A DNA stretch of 64,000 bases from Eukaryota sp. GEM-RC1 (Eukaryota): positions 248,001-312,000 of the forward strand of contig JAUFOQ010000010.1 in assembly GCA_040285855.1 (NCBI GenBank). Reading direction: 5' to 3'. Position 1 is the first letter of the stretch. Each line of letters begins with the position of its first letter. Positions 1 to 11,460 of this stretch are shown in pieces. The notes below the pieces were generated by a model. That model saw only the letters and a program-made list of their open reading frames with translations, did no database searches and had not been told where the DNA came from. Made by a program: the position numbers and the translations under genes.

Positions 1-768
1 GCAAACCGTTCTCAGGCTCATTTATACGCAAACAACTATAGAAGTGCTTATACTGATGCCACACGGGTATTATCGTTCAATCCATCACATGTTAAGGCTG
101 CATTTAGAGGAATGACTGCTGCGTTGGCCTTGCAGAAGCCTCAAGAAGTCTTGAATATTTATGACACTTTCTCAAAGATCGTGTCTAAAGTGCCAGCAAC
201 CATTGAAGACCTTGTCCAGAAAGCTAGAACTCTTCAAGAAGAGTTACGCCGTAAACAACTACATACAGAGAAACTACAAGCTGAAAAGGACGCAAAGAAA
301 GCAGCCTTTTCACAACTTTTGACTGCCTTCAACCTATGTATGGGACCTTCACTAGTTGGGATAGCTGATGATTGCACTGAAGGACCTCCGTTATGGATTG
401 ATTCAGATTCCGGCAATGATTTGTTGTTTGCAAAGGTGTTGTTGTTATATCCCGAGTTCAATACTACTGATTTCCTTCAAGAAGTATCTCTAAGTGCTTG
501 TGGTGAGGATATTCTGGCTCATATATTAGAAAAACCTTTACCACAAGATTCACAAAACGTTTACACTGTCAAAGATTGCGAGCTTTATTACAGAATGTCT
601 GATCAGGGCCATTGGGATGGAGAGTGGAAAGAAGTGCCACGAAAAAGGCCATTAATTACAGTAATGTCCAAGAAGAAAAATTCATACATCATTCCAAAAG
701 TAGTCACATTCTTCGTCATGGTGAGATCAAGTGAGTTTAGACGACGATTTGCATCTAACGAAGCGTGA
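1..768 (+). CDS. TTC4/Cns1-like TPR co-chaperone (5'-partial)
   Basis: Frame +1 is open from base 1: ANRSQAHLYANNYRSAYTDATRVLSFNPSHVKAAFRG is TPR-like. The downstream VLLLYPEFNTTDFL matches the Cns1/TTC4 C-terminal (wheel) motif. Stop TGA at 766-768. Confidence 0.75.
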   Translation, partial: ANRSQAHLYANNYRSAYTDATRVLSFNPSHVKAAFRGMTAALALQKPQEVLNIYDTFSKIVSKVPATIEDLVQKARTLQEELRRKQLHTEKLQAEKDAKKAAFSQLLTAFNLCMGPSLVGIADDCTEGPPLWIDSDSGNDLLFAKVLLLYPEFNTTDFLQEVSLSACGEDILAHILEKPLPQDSQNVYTVKDCELYYRMSDQGHWDGEWKEVPRKRPLITVMSKKKNSYIIPKVVTFFVMVRSSEFRRRFASNEA

Positions 769-774
769 GTGTGT

Positions 775-1025
775 CTATGATTTGATGATTAGAAGAAATA
801 AGGTGATGATGTTTACGACGATGAGAGGAACTGAAATGAGAGTAATGTTTACGTACTTTCAACTAGTTTTCTGTAGGAGTAGTAGAGGAGACCTAGGTGT
901 TTTATTACTGAAGACGGACTTGTTTGAAGTTGATGGTATCCCATAGAGATTCGACGCATAAATCTTTCTTCGTTTGGAATGATCAAAGCGTTTGCTAGGA
1001 AGACAATGAAAAGAAGAATAGACAT
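775..1025 (-). CDS. Yos1/IER3IP1-like small membrane protein (~74 aa) with a 26-nt intron at 831-856
   Basis: Not in the ORF track. MSILLFIVFLANALIIPNEERFMRRISMG resembles the Yos1 motif NAxAxLxEERFLxxIG. Splicing GTACGT...TTTCAG removes a stop and gives YRKLVEIPLIVVNIITLFLLIIKS*, like the Yos1 C-terminus (RIPLIxxNxI). A short extra 5' exon cannot be excluded. Confidence 0.75.
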
Positions 1026-2072
1026 CAGCTAATGGCTAAATGAGGTAAGATGCTAGGATAATGATCTTGGTTGGATCACTTGAGGGAGAGAAATTGATGA
1101 AGACGTTCTCAATCTTCAATGTTTGATAAAACAACCAGCTCATCAACGATATGAATCTTAACCAATACAGCGATTAACGGTGCGGTTCCAACAACATCCA
1201 CACTTCTGGTGCATAATTAGTGTCTTAAGTCATTTGGTTTTTTCTCTTCAATGATCTTTTTCCAGTATACATTATGACGAAAACTTGTCATGTACTCATT
1301 CGACCGGTTTGAGTGAATACCTAGTAGTGATGTTTCTTGAACATCACTTTGCGATAAACATTCTTTGTTCGAACAAGGAATGACTACGAACTGCTTTCAA
1401 TCTCCCTTCACTATCGCCGTATTCTCTAGACCTCATAACTTCTCTTTCAAATCGTCAAAGCGTCTCGATCATATCTTTTTTTGACCACTTGAACTTCATG
1501 ATTCTTACTTCTTTTGGAGAATTATTTGAAATATTTGTTTTGGGCTTATAGAATTCCAAGAACTCATCACGTGATACGGCTAAGGTAAATCACTACATTA
1601 CTTTAACAACTAATCAGTAGTTCTAGATATCATTCCTTATTCTCTTAAAGAACTGTTTCCAAGCCTAAGCATAGTGATTCACTTTTTAAACAACTCCTCA
1701 AAAACAAGACAATAAATATTTTAAATATTCTCTTCTGATTGATATCCAAATTTATTAAGTCAATTAACACTACAAATGCGATTTTAAGTGCGGAGAAATA
1801 CACACCACAAGAAAACATCGAACATATATATATTAACACTACTTAAACGTGTAATTTGTAAAAGAACTGTGGTGCTGTTGACTAGGCGTTTTCGCTGTCA
1901 GCTGTTTCATAAATGGTATTTTGATACATATTTGAAATTTTTCCATGTTCTTCGATGAACACTTTCGTTAATTATTGAAAACACGAACATTGTACTTTTA
2001 TTAAGGAATGAATATCATTTAAATTAAATATAGTACAAGAATACATAACAGAAACTCAGAGTCATCACGTCA

Positions 2073-5000
2073 TCAAAACTTTATACTATCATTTGAGATT
2101 CTTTTGACAAGTTCTATAGTATCTGCATCAATGGAGTTACCGCCTAAATTAATCTCAGTAAAAACAGAATGTAGTTTTAGTGCTTCAGCCAAAGTAATTA
2201 CCCCGTTACTGCTAAAAAAATTATTCCGAATCTTAAGTATTTTAAGATTTAAAAAAGAATCAAATTGAAGCAAATTGACAAATATGGATAAATATTCATC
2301 ATCTAGATTACAGTCACTTAAGTCAACAGAAGTCAAATGATTATTGACCCTGATTAAATCACGCAAAACAGTGAATGTGTCAGCTCCTTAATACCACATT
2401 ACTGCAGAAACGGTATTAAAGAAGAGACTTCTTCAGTTGGAATATTAGTAGTGGTTTCCGGTGAAAATCCAAACACGTGCTGGTCAAAATCAATAAAGAA
2501 AGGGAAAACATCAAGATTCATGATTTGTGAATGGATAGAATTTCAAATAAATTCATCTACTATACACTTTAGATAATTAACTGTTTTACAGAGGCTTGAG
2601 CACTGGTTAAGAAAACTTAATATCACTTAATTCAACTGAATCCAGCGTGATATTTAAACTGAGTAATTCACACAACAAATTCAACGCTTCATCAGTAAAA
2701 GTACGTTTGTCTAGAGTAAGTTCATTTATACAAAACTCCATCAAAAAATACTGTAGATTAGGACTGTGCAGGTTTGGGTTTCAAAAGTTCCAAACCCCAA
2801 ACCTGGTTTAGGTTTGGTTTGGTTTTCCAAAAATGGGTTTAGGTTCAGCTAGGTTTTTAAGTTTTAGGTTTAGGTTCAAACCTAGTAAACCCGATATGTA
2901 TTATGAATTAAAAATACACAGTAGTTTAGTGGAACACTGTCAAAATAAAGTTGTTCTTACGGTAGTACTAGATAAGCTTTATTATTAATGCTCAAGTATC
3001 ACAAACAACTACTAGTGGTGCTACTTTTCTTTTCAAAAAATCGTCTCCAATCCTTAAGACTGACAAGTGCTTGGATACTTTCATCAGTCAGAGAAGCTCT
3101 ATATTCTGTAACTGTGCGTCCAGCAGAAGAAAAAACCTGTTCGCGACAAACAGAAGTTGCTTGGATACCGAAAAAATCTTTGGCCAAGCCGGCCAAATTA
3201 GGATTACGGTTGGAATTTGAATACCAATATGTGAGTGGATCTTTAGATTTTGAGGCAAAATACTTTCACCCAAATATACCATCAACTCCTTTTCGCTTCT
3301 TTGAACGCCTTCAACTCTACACTTTTTGAGAGTAAAAGGTGACTCACGGGGCGAGGTAACAGGAGATGCTGTGTCTTCACTCATCACTTCAATTTCAGAA
3401 GAGTTCTCGTCAATAGAAGCGTCAAGATCAATCATATATAATGTAAGAGTCAGAGGGTTATTGAAATTAAATGTGTTTCATTTTCCTACAGTTCTGAAGC
3501 TAAAGGATTAGGTTTGGTTTTATTAGGTTTAGGTTTAGGTTTGGTTTTTATTCAAAAAGGTTTAGGTTTGGTTTGGTTTTATTAAAAAGGTTTAGGTTTG
3601 GTTTGGTTTAGTAAAAAAGGTTTAGGTTCAGCTAGGTTTAGTAAAAAAAGGTTTGGTTTGAAACCTAAACCCGAACCTGCACAGTCCTACTGTAGATATA
3701 CGACTTCTTCATGGCATATTTTAAAAGAATCATCTGAGTAAAAAGAAAATACACCCTTTTTAACATCAATAAAACAAGGAGAAATATCAAAAGACAAACG
3801 AACAGTATTCACAGAGAGATATTTAAAAAAAGTGATCAAACAACGTAAATGAAAGTAATGGAAACTAACTTTCTTAAGTATATAATTGCCTTCAAGTGAT
3901 TCTAAAATTCTTTCGATATCAAAAGAATCATAGTGTAAAACATTAAGTCTCAAAACCAGCAGACTATGGTTGTTAAGTATCATCCCAATTAAAGACTGGA
4001 CATCTTCATATTTAAAAATAGTCCCAACTTGTTCTGCCAAGTCTAATTCCAGTAAGGAAGAATTACTTTGAAGAGTTTGAAACAGTGTTGATAATCTAAC
4101 ATCACACTTTCTTAGTTCAAGTTTTTTCAAACTCGTGTTAAATTTGAAAATTTCAGAGATTTCAGCAACAAACCGAGTAGTGTAAAAAGTCACTTCCGTA
4201 AGAGAACAATGGTGTTTAAAGTCATTCAGTATTGTTGAATCAATACATGCACAATTAGAATACGCAATACTTTTCAGTCTAGAATTCTTCAACAATGGTA
4301 AAAGAACACTGGAATTTCGAACTGGAAAATTAGATAGATCAATTTTGGTAATATTTGAACTATTTGACAAAGCTGATATCAGTAGCAGAGTTTTTGCATC
4401 TTTAAGTCGATCTCCGGCAAAAGACAATGTAACTGTTCTCAAGGTGTTATTTGAAGAAAACACTTCTGAAAGAGAATGAACTTGAGGTGTAGTAATAGAG
4501 ACAATTTGAACAGTTAAATGCACAACAGTAGTATTATCTAGGAGAAAATTACAAAACGCAGAAAAGGTAGAGCTAGAATTCTCAGCACCACAAATTTCAA
4601 TATCAAGACGTCTAATACGTGGCAAAAAGAAAGCAGACGACTTATCAAATATTTTGTGTAAATTAGCATAACAAGAATGTTCAAACGGGCATTCTGATTC
4701 TGATTCATCAAATTCTGCAAAATAAGGTTTCAATCCTGATGAGATTATCACGTGGGAAATACTAAAAGTGAACTGACGGAGATCTGCAGCTTCAAAAGAC
4801 CAGAACACGTGCAAGACCACAGAAAGGGGATCTACTTTAAAGAAAGAAGTTATCGAGGAAAGTAGAACAAGATCATCAAAATTCATTTCAAGTGTGGAAG
4901 TTTCAAGAAACGCCTTCACTGCAGAGAAAGAACTCTCAAAGAAATGTTGACTTACAAAGCCCACTTTTTCAAAGAATGAATAGAGTCTTTTAATCAAACG

Positions 5001-5216
5001 ACTCAGAGGAGGATGGCATTCACGATCATCCTTTTGATCAGGGAACGTCAAGAGACGCTTGAGGAAATGTGATTGTATTAGAATCAACAAAGACTGTTGG
5101 AAATGGAGACGATTAGAAGAAGAGATGAGTGATGGAGAATGAAGAGATGAGGATAGTTGAGGATCTCCACCACTTGACTGAGTAACAGTACGTATTCGTG
5201 AGTTGAGTATACCCAT
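2073..5216 (-). pseudogene. RNI-like LRR family paralogue disrupted by a hAT insertion
   Basis: ORFs 3687-5216 and 2073-2366 match the N- and C-terminal parts of the 43020-46146 paralogue. The gene is split by the 2759-3689 element and has further indels at 2370-2750. Confidence 0.85.
2759..3689 (-). mobile_element. Internally deleted hAT DNA transposon (931 bp)
   Basis: 23-bp TIR TAGGACTGTGCAGGTT(T/C)GGGTTT; 8-bp TSD CTGTAGAT at 2751-2758 and 3690-3697; hAT C-terminal dimerisation motif (LAKDFFGIQATSVCREQVFSSAG...SLKDW); subterminal GGTTT/TTTAGG repeats. Confidence 0.95.
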
Positions 5217-6025
5217 GATCCTATAGTCCTAGTCAAAAGCAAATTCTCACTTTGATTTCATATTGATTGAGGACTATTTGTTCGTTTTTGAAAGGGCATT
5301 GTCTTAATCCTGACAGTGTTTCTGTACGTTGATTTATGCCACACTGGGTAAAGGTACACATACCAAACAGACTAGTAGAGTCAATCTTGGTCTGGTATTT
5401 GAGCAGCCCATACCAGATGTAAAGTATACTACATGTATGATCTCAAGCTAAATGCATAATATCACTCTCAGGGTAATATAATATTTGACACTAATATAAT
5501 GATATTCAAACATATCAATAACTAACTTCTTTGAAGTTCTTGACATAATTCTCACCATATATGTTTAAAAAAGATCTATTAAGATGGTTTAATTATCATC
5601 CAACCAGAAATAATTGTCGATTTGTGTAGTGTTTCTCTAACCAAAACTTTGATACGTTTTAACAATACGGACGGTTCTTAGATGAACACGAACATTACTC
5701 AGGAGATAGTTGATACTGCCAATCATGTTGCACACTATACATGAAATTATACTGCACAATAACTAGACATGTATTTATCGTTTTCTGTTTGTCAAATCTC
5801 TCTCCAACTACTTATATCATGAGGATCAGACAAGAAAAAGTGTATTGAAATCCCTACAGTGTACCTAAATCAACGCCCAAAAAAAGTGTTGTAAGTCAGG
5901 ATCATTCCACTATCCATCTGCTCGTTTCTTTTCTTTGAAGAAAAATCCCTTTCAAAGAATATGTGGACCGTTGCTTTGACCAAGCAGATGGTCATGTATT
6001 ATTTTGAAGATACGCGACAAAGCGT

Positions 6026-6832
6026 TTGAAACCTCCTAAAAAACCAATGATTGAGTTTCTGAAACATTCCCAATTACCAGATAACTCTAATCATTGTTCA
6101 ATATTGTCTCTTGATATTGAATCTAGAGAAATTGATCAAATCCCTGCAGAGACGGTTACAAAGGAGTTGGATGATCAAAGAAAGAACGAGAATGAATCTC
6201 CCAAATTGAAAAGTGATGCAGAAAGAGAAGTGTGGATTCAAAACCAACAAGTATTTATGATTTCTGCAGTGTTTGGTCATTTTATAAAAGATCAATTTTA
6301 CCTCCAAGACAATTTTGTTGCAACTTTAGAGTTGACTCATGAATGTGATGTTGAACTGCCACCTGATTGTAGAAACCTTCGATTTTTTGAAGACGAAAAA
6401 CAGTTACTAGAGTTTTTTGTCAACTATTTGAATGATAAAAATCCCTCAGTTTTAACTGGATTTAACATAACTGACTTCGATAATGTTGTCTTAGGCAACA
6501 GGATTGTTACACTTGGAGTCGACTTTCCAGAACCAATGCTAGATGAAACAACTAAATCTCATTTATCACCTCTATGGCAAAATGTTTGTTCGGAATGGGC
6601 TGGTAGAATTGTCTGTGATTCTTACGTCTATGCTAAGCAATTTATTGTTTCAAAATGTTCAAAGTCTTTAAAATCATTAAGTTGGTTTTTATTAAACGAA
6701 TCTAAAGGCCGTCTTCATGACGAATTTCACCACTTATTGCCTATTGATTGTGTTGATGAAATACCTCAAGAAGTTGTAAACTATTGCTTCAAAGATAGTG
6801 TCATAGCATTGAAGTTGTTTTTATTGTTTTAA
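6026..6832 (+). CDS. Family-B DNA polymerase-type 3'-5' exonuclease domain with no polymerase domain; in frame with the downstream Fanzor
   Basis: ExoI SLDIES (D at 6113); FEDEKQLLEFF; ExoII LTGFNITDFD; GRIVCDSY...SLKSLS; ExoIII YCFKDS. The listed start is TTG, and the true 5' end is unclear. Confidence 0.9.
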   Translation: MKPPKKPMIEFLKHSQLPDNSNHCSILSLDIESREIDQIPAETVTKELDDQRKNENESPKLKSDAEREVWIQNQQVFMISAVFGHFIKDQFYLQDNFVATLELTHECDVELPPDCRNLRFFEDEKQLLEFFVNYLNDKNPSVLTGFNITDFDNVVLGNRIVTLGVDFPEPMLDETTKSHLSPLWQNVCSEWAGRIVCDSYVYAKQFIVSKCSKSLKSLSWFLLNESKGRLHDEFHHLLPIDCVDEIPQEVVNYCFKDSVIALKLFLLF

Positions 6833-8971
6833 TCAAATCAAATCGTTCGTCCAACTTTTGTAACACACAAAACTACACTAAAGTCTATTGTCAAACATTT
6901 TGGATTAACGTTAATACTCGATTATTATGCTCAATTGGTTCACAAACTTAGAATGCACACTTCCTATTGTTTGAAGCTGTTTTTATTACACATGGATAAG
7001 AATGGTGAATAATTACCATTAATTACAGGGAAGGAAGTAGAACATATTCAAACTCTGTTAAGAAACATCTCTGCTGAACATCATGAGATTAAATAATGTA
7101 ATCAAGGATCACCTCCTGCATTTAATGAAGACTTGAAAAACTTTGTTTTACTAGAATACAAACAAGTAGTGCTCAACAATGGAGGAATTCCACTCTTTCC
7201 AGCTGCTCATTCCTCACGACTTATGGCAATGGTTGGTGAAACTATTAAATCGATTTTGGACACCAATATTAAAATGCGATATGCTCAATACATTGACAAA
7301 TTTTTTAATGTTTATTTTCAAAAGACTGATCAAGAAGAAAAAATGTCAAAAAAAGAACAGTCGGTTTTTCGTTGGAGACTTAGACAAGTTAAAAATGTCT
7401 TTCTTGAAGGTAACAGAAATGATATTCCAAAAACCACTACAGGAATACAACAATTTATTCAAAGATGTAATACAGAAATTCTTCAAGACGATAGTAATAG
7501 AAGTTTGAACATTGCAGGTAAAATTAAACTTCTGTGGGCCACTAACGACTATGTTGAAGGATTTTTTAGAGATAGATATTTTATTGATGTTCTCTTCCCA
7601 CCATCAATTGATATTCAAAATTCTAATGGTGTTTATAAAAAGAAAGTCGTTAAATCTCTACTAAAATCAGTTCGTGAACATCCTCAATCCTTTATTAAAT
7701 CTGCGATTCAAATAAATAACTATCTTGAAAGTGAAGGAGCAAGTGCTTACAATGTAATTCCGATTGTTCGTCACATCACACCAGGTTTCTTTGAAATAAA
7801 TACACAAGGTCTTTGGGGAATATTACGTTCCACTTTGTCAACAAAACAAGTGAATGTCAAGAAGAAAATGTCTAATTGGAATACACAAACTGAAATTCAC
7901 AAAATGTCTCCTGCTGAACAAAATCAATTCTGGTCACATCTTTTCAACTTTAATCGTCCATTTATAAAGAAAGGTTATAAGTTTAACAATACCTTTAAAA
8001 TTGATGGTTTCTCTGCCTGTGTTGAACTTACCAGAGAGGACTGTGTGGGAATGTCATTCAAACCAGACAGTGCAAAGTTCTCCAGTAAAGAAGAATATAT
8101 TCAAGACTATGAAGTTGAAGAGTTTTCATTGAAAACAAAAGTGTTTATTGATCCTGGAAAAACAGATTTACTCTATTTTTGTTCAGAGAGAAGTAAATAG
8201 GCCATTTCCTGAAGAAAAAGCCAGAGAAAGAAGAGATAAAGAATATGAGTGGCTAAGGTTGACAGAGACAGAATGGTCCAGATGGTCAAGGGTTCATCAA
8301 AAGTTTAGAAGGGGAAAGAAAAAAGAATTCATTCTCCAAGATGGAAAAACAGTTGAAGAAGAAGAGTCAACATTATCCAAAGAAAATTCGAAGTCCACTC
8401 TTTATGACACATTCTATGACTATGTGAGTTCCAAACTTACAGTTATTGAATCAACATTTGATTACTACTGTTTGATGATATGGCGCATTCAAAAATGCAA
8501 AGATACGTCCATATTCAAAAAAAAACAGAAAGTAAGTTGTTGAAAAATATGACTGAAAAAGGATGGAATAAAAATGACTGTGTATTGATGTTTGGTGACA
8601 ATGGTAATAAGAGTCAGAACCTAAAACACCTCCGATCAAGTATAGGTGTGAGTTGGAGAAACTTCTTTAAGAGAAATGGTTACAACCTTGTTCTCGTAGA
8701 TGAGAGTTACACGTCTTCAAAGTGTCCTACTTGTTGGAGGCCAGTTAAAGTGTTCAAAGAAATCAATAATCCAAAACCATGGAAAAGAGAGAAGAAACCT
8801 CTGGTAAAGTGTCACGCTTTGTTGAGATGCAAGTCCCAAGAATGTAGAGAAGAATGTCATGGTAGCGCCAAGATTTGGAATCGTAACAAGTTAGCTTGTA
8901 TCAACATCAAGACAATTGTGGAGCATCACTTGGAGCGGGGTCTAGGAGTTAGACCCAGTTATTTGTCATAG
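6833..8971 (+). pseudogene. Fanzor1 (TnpB/IS200-IS605-derived RuvC RNA-guided nuclease), interrupted
   Basis: N-terminal FVTHKTTLKSIVK...VHKLRMHTSYCLKLFLLH; FKIDGFSACV; RuvC-I FIDPGKTDL (8150); FGD and VDESYTSSKCPTC (E at 8702); ALLRCKSQEC zinc ribbon; RuvC-III WNRN (8876-8887); terminal RPSYLS. Interrupted by TAA at 7010 and 7094 and by frameshifts near 8190 and 8493. Confidence 0.9.
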
Positions 8972-9100
8972 TCATAGTCATAGCCTTTATTTAGTACAGT
9001 GAATTGTAGCATTATTGAATCTTTGAATTCATCTATACAAACACTGTCTTACTGTCAGTCCACTGTGTAGTTCATGTAAGACACTGATAAGATCACGTTC
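8938..9100 (+). ncRNA. Candidate Fanzor omegaRNA scaffold
   Basis: Hairpin GGGTCTA-ggagt-TAGACCC (8938-8956). Stem ACAGTG..TTGTA / TACAA.CACTGT (8996-9047). Stem TGTCTTAC/GTAAGACA (9045-9083). The position at the ORF 3' end matches known TnpB/Fanzor loci. Confidence 0.45.
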
Positions 9101-9483
9101 ATTCTGCCGTTGTCACGTCGTGTTTCTTCAGTATCTAAGTGATGGAGGTTTAGATTCCACAATTGGTCATCTTTGTATTGCAACCCCTTCAATGAACAAC
9201 ATCCTCTATAAACAACATTCTGTTTCTTTTAATAATGTACTACATGTAGATTTTTTTAAGCATTGCACAGTTTTGTGGGAAATTCGCACTGGTAATTGCA
9301 AATTTGTTTACATGTTAAATTCACGAAAGGTGTTTCTAGCGATACAGAGGTTACTCGATCATCATTATTGGTCACGTGATTATTTTGATGACGTGATGGT
9401 GACGCTTGCTCTCTGTAAAATGATTCTTCTGTTCTTTACAGCTCTTCAAAATTCTTTAAAATTGTTCACCTGTTGAACTATTC

Positions 9484-9700
9484 AATCCAAAAAGACAAAC
9501 AGTAAAAGGATGAAATACAAATTTGAAATTCGATCTCCATTTAATTCTTCGACTTGAGAGTCATACCTGGAATGTTTTAACTTTTCAGCTTTTTAGTTAT
9601 TAATTTGCAAATGCATTTATTTCACTGATTGATCATAAACCCCGTTTTTTTTAACTTTTCAGCAGCTGTTTAGTGATAAGACGATGAATCTAATATCCTG
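9484..9700 (-). mobile_element. Old RLE non-LTR fragment containing a ~60-bp younger 3'-end insertion
   Basis: Similar to 25127-25265. The insert at ~9590-9650 ends CATAAACCCCGTTTTTT and is flanked by the direct repeat TAACTTTTCAGC (9578-9589, 9652-9663). Confidence 0.6.
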
Positions 9701-9720
9701 GTACATTGTAACACAAGAAT

Positions 9721-11460
9721 TGTTTTCCATAGTGAGTTTCCAGGTATAATGATTAATTCGTATGCTGATGATACTTCTTTGGTTGGCAAAATGCATACTT
9801 TGGAAACCAAGTTTTGCTCGATTTGTTGATCTTTCTGGTCAAATTGGTTTGACAATCAATTTGAGCAAATGTGTTGTTATTGGTCGGGTGGATGACACTG
9901 TTTTGCATGAAGGTGTTGCTATTCCTTTTATTAATTATTCTTCTGATTGTATCAAGTTTCTTGGAAACTTTATTGGCAATTCCTCTCAAATTGTGAGTAT
10001 GCTGGAGAAGAAGATTGATTCTCTTGATCAAAAGTTGAGAAATGTGTTAGATTTGAATGTAGGTAAACAAGTATCCTTTGCCACTTTGCAAGTTTGTTTT
10101 GCAGGTAAAGTCAATCATTTTTTACGTGGGTTACCTCCTGAGCTTACGGTAGACCTTTCTCGTCGTTTTAACGCTCTGAGAACAGAGTTTTTGTCAGAGC
10201 TGGTAGAGTCGAAAAAGCTTTCCATTCATCGTCATTCATTTGCTGCTGTGAGATTTGGTGGAATTGGTTTTCCAAGGCTCGTTATATGCGTGAAGGTGCC
10301 TTTTTAAAATGTTTGAAGAATCTGCTGTATGAATTTAAGTTACGTTATCCCTTACTTTGGTCTAATGAAGATCTCATTCGATATTCGCCTTGTCAATGGC
10401 TTATATCACTTCAAAATCTTGTAGATGGTATGAACCCTGATGTTTGGGAATCCTTGTTCCCTGCATCTGTGACGGAAACACCTCAACGTACGCTTTTTTC
10501 CCTTCCTCTTGGTGTTAGAAAATTTCAGAAGAAATTTGTATCTTTCCATGAGAGCTTGGACTATACTAACTGCATTAGCTTGGCTAAAGTTAAAAGTCCC
10601 GCTTTCTGTGCATTTTTACAAGACATGAGTAGTGATTCAGCATCTACTTTCATTACTCAATTGCCAGGGAGATTTATTTTTAATCTAAAAAGATCATGAA
10701 TGGCTTGTTAACATGAGACTTCGTTTAGGTTTTTGGCCATTTGGTTTGTTACAGAACAGCACGTGTATCTGTAAAAACAAACATAAGGCTAGCTTTCATC
10801 ATTTGGTCAATTGTTCAAAGTTCATATATTGTCGTTCAATTTTGCACAACAGTCTTCGAGATATATGTTTGGAAATGTTTAAGGCAAATGGTTTCCATGG
10901 CAAAGTCGAACCATTACTTTCTCATCTTTCAGATCACCCTGATTCTACTCAGAAACGTGGTGATTTTATTGGCCCTTGGTTGTCATGCCAAGAAATTGTT
11001 GTTGATTTTACGACCGTTGATCCTTGCAAAGCTTCAGCTATTGCCAACATTTTGAATCCCTCAAATGATCCGCTGAAAGACGCTGAGAACGCCAAAGTGT
11101 CTAAGTATGGACATCAAGTTGCTGCATTGAATTCACGAAGACACAATAATATCGTCTTTCAGCCTTTTGCAGTTTCATTGTACGGAAATTTCGGTTCTTC
11201 TACCAAGGAGTTTTTAAGTTTATTTGAAAATTTGTGTTCAGAACTTGGCAAGAAGTTTAACAGATCGTACTGGAAGAGTAAATTTGCTTTTTCGATTTTT
11301 AGGTCTATGTATAGATATGTTGATTCCATTTTGTCCAAGTTGTTTGGAGGCAACTACTTTTCGGAATTAGGTAGTTCGTTTGATAATTTGTTTTAATAGT
11401 GTTTATCTATTTGTACTTAACTTATTATGTGTTTTTCTCCGCACATAAATCCGTTTTTTT
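9721..11460 (+). mobile_element. 5'-truncated CRE-like non-LTR retrotransposon (RT C-half, CCHC finger, RLE endonuclease)
   Basis: SYADDT at 9758-9775; KFLGNFIG; RLRLG..CICK..HHLVNC..HNSLRD; RGDF...VDFTTVDP...AENAKVSKY. TSD CAAGAAT at 9714-9720 and 11461-11467. Ends CATAAATCCGTTTTTTT. Frameshifted. Confidence 0.92.

Noticed and set aside
3508..3672. TTTAGG/TTTGG repeats resembling telomeric repeats
   Set aside because: They are irregular and lie inside the TIR/TSD-bounded hAT element, so they are subterminal repeats.
5380..5465. Possible PolB motif-A remnant (GLVFEQPIP...MHNI) upstream of the exonuclease
   Set aside because: The catalytic DFxSLYP is missing, stops intervene and the domain order would be wrong; too weak without an HMM search.
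6830..7096. Three in-frame TAA codons as evidence for a TAA=Gln genetic code
   Set aside because: EF-1alpha and other genes end in TAA at the expected places, and long ORFs lack in-frame TAA/TAG.
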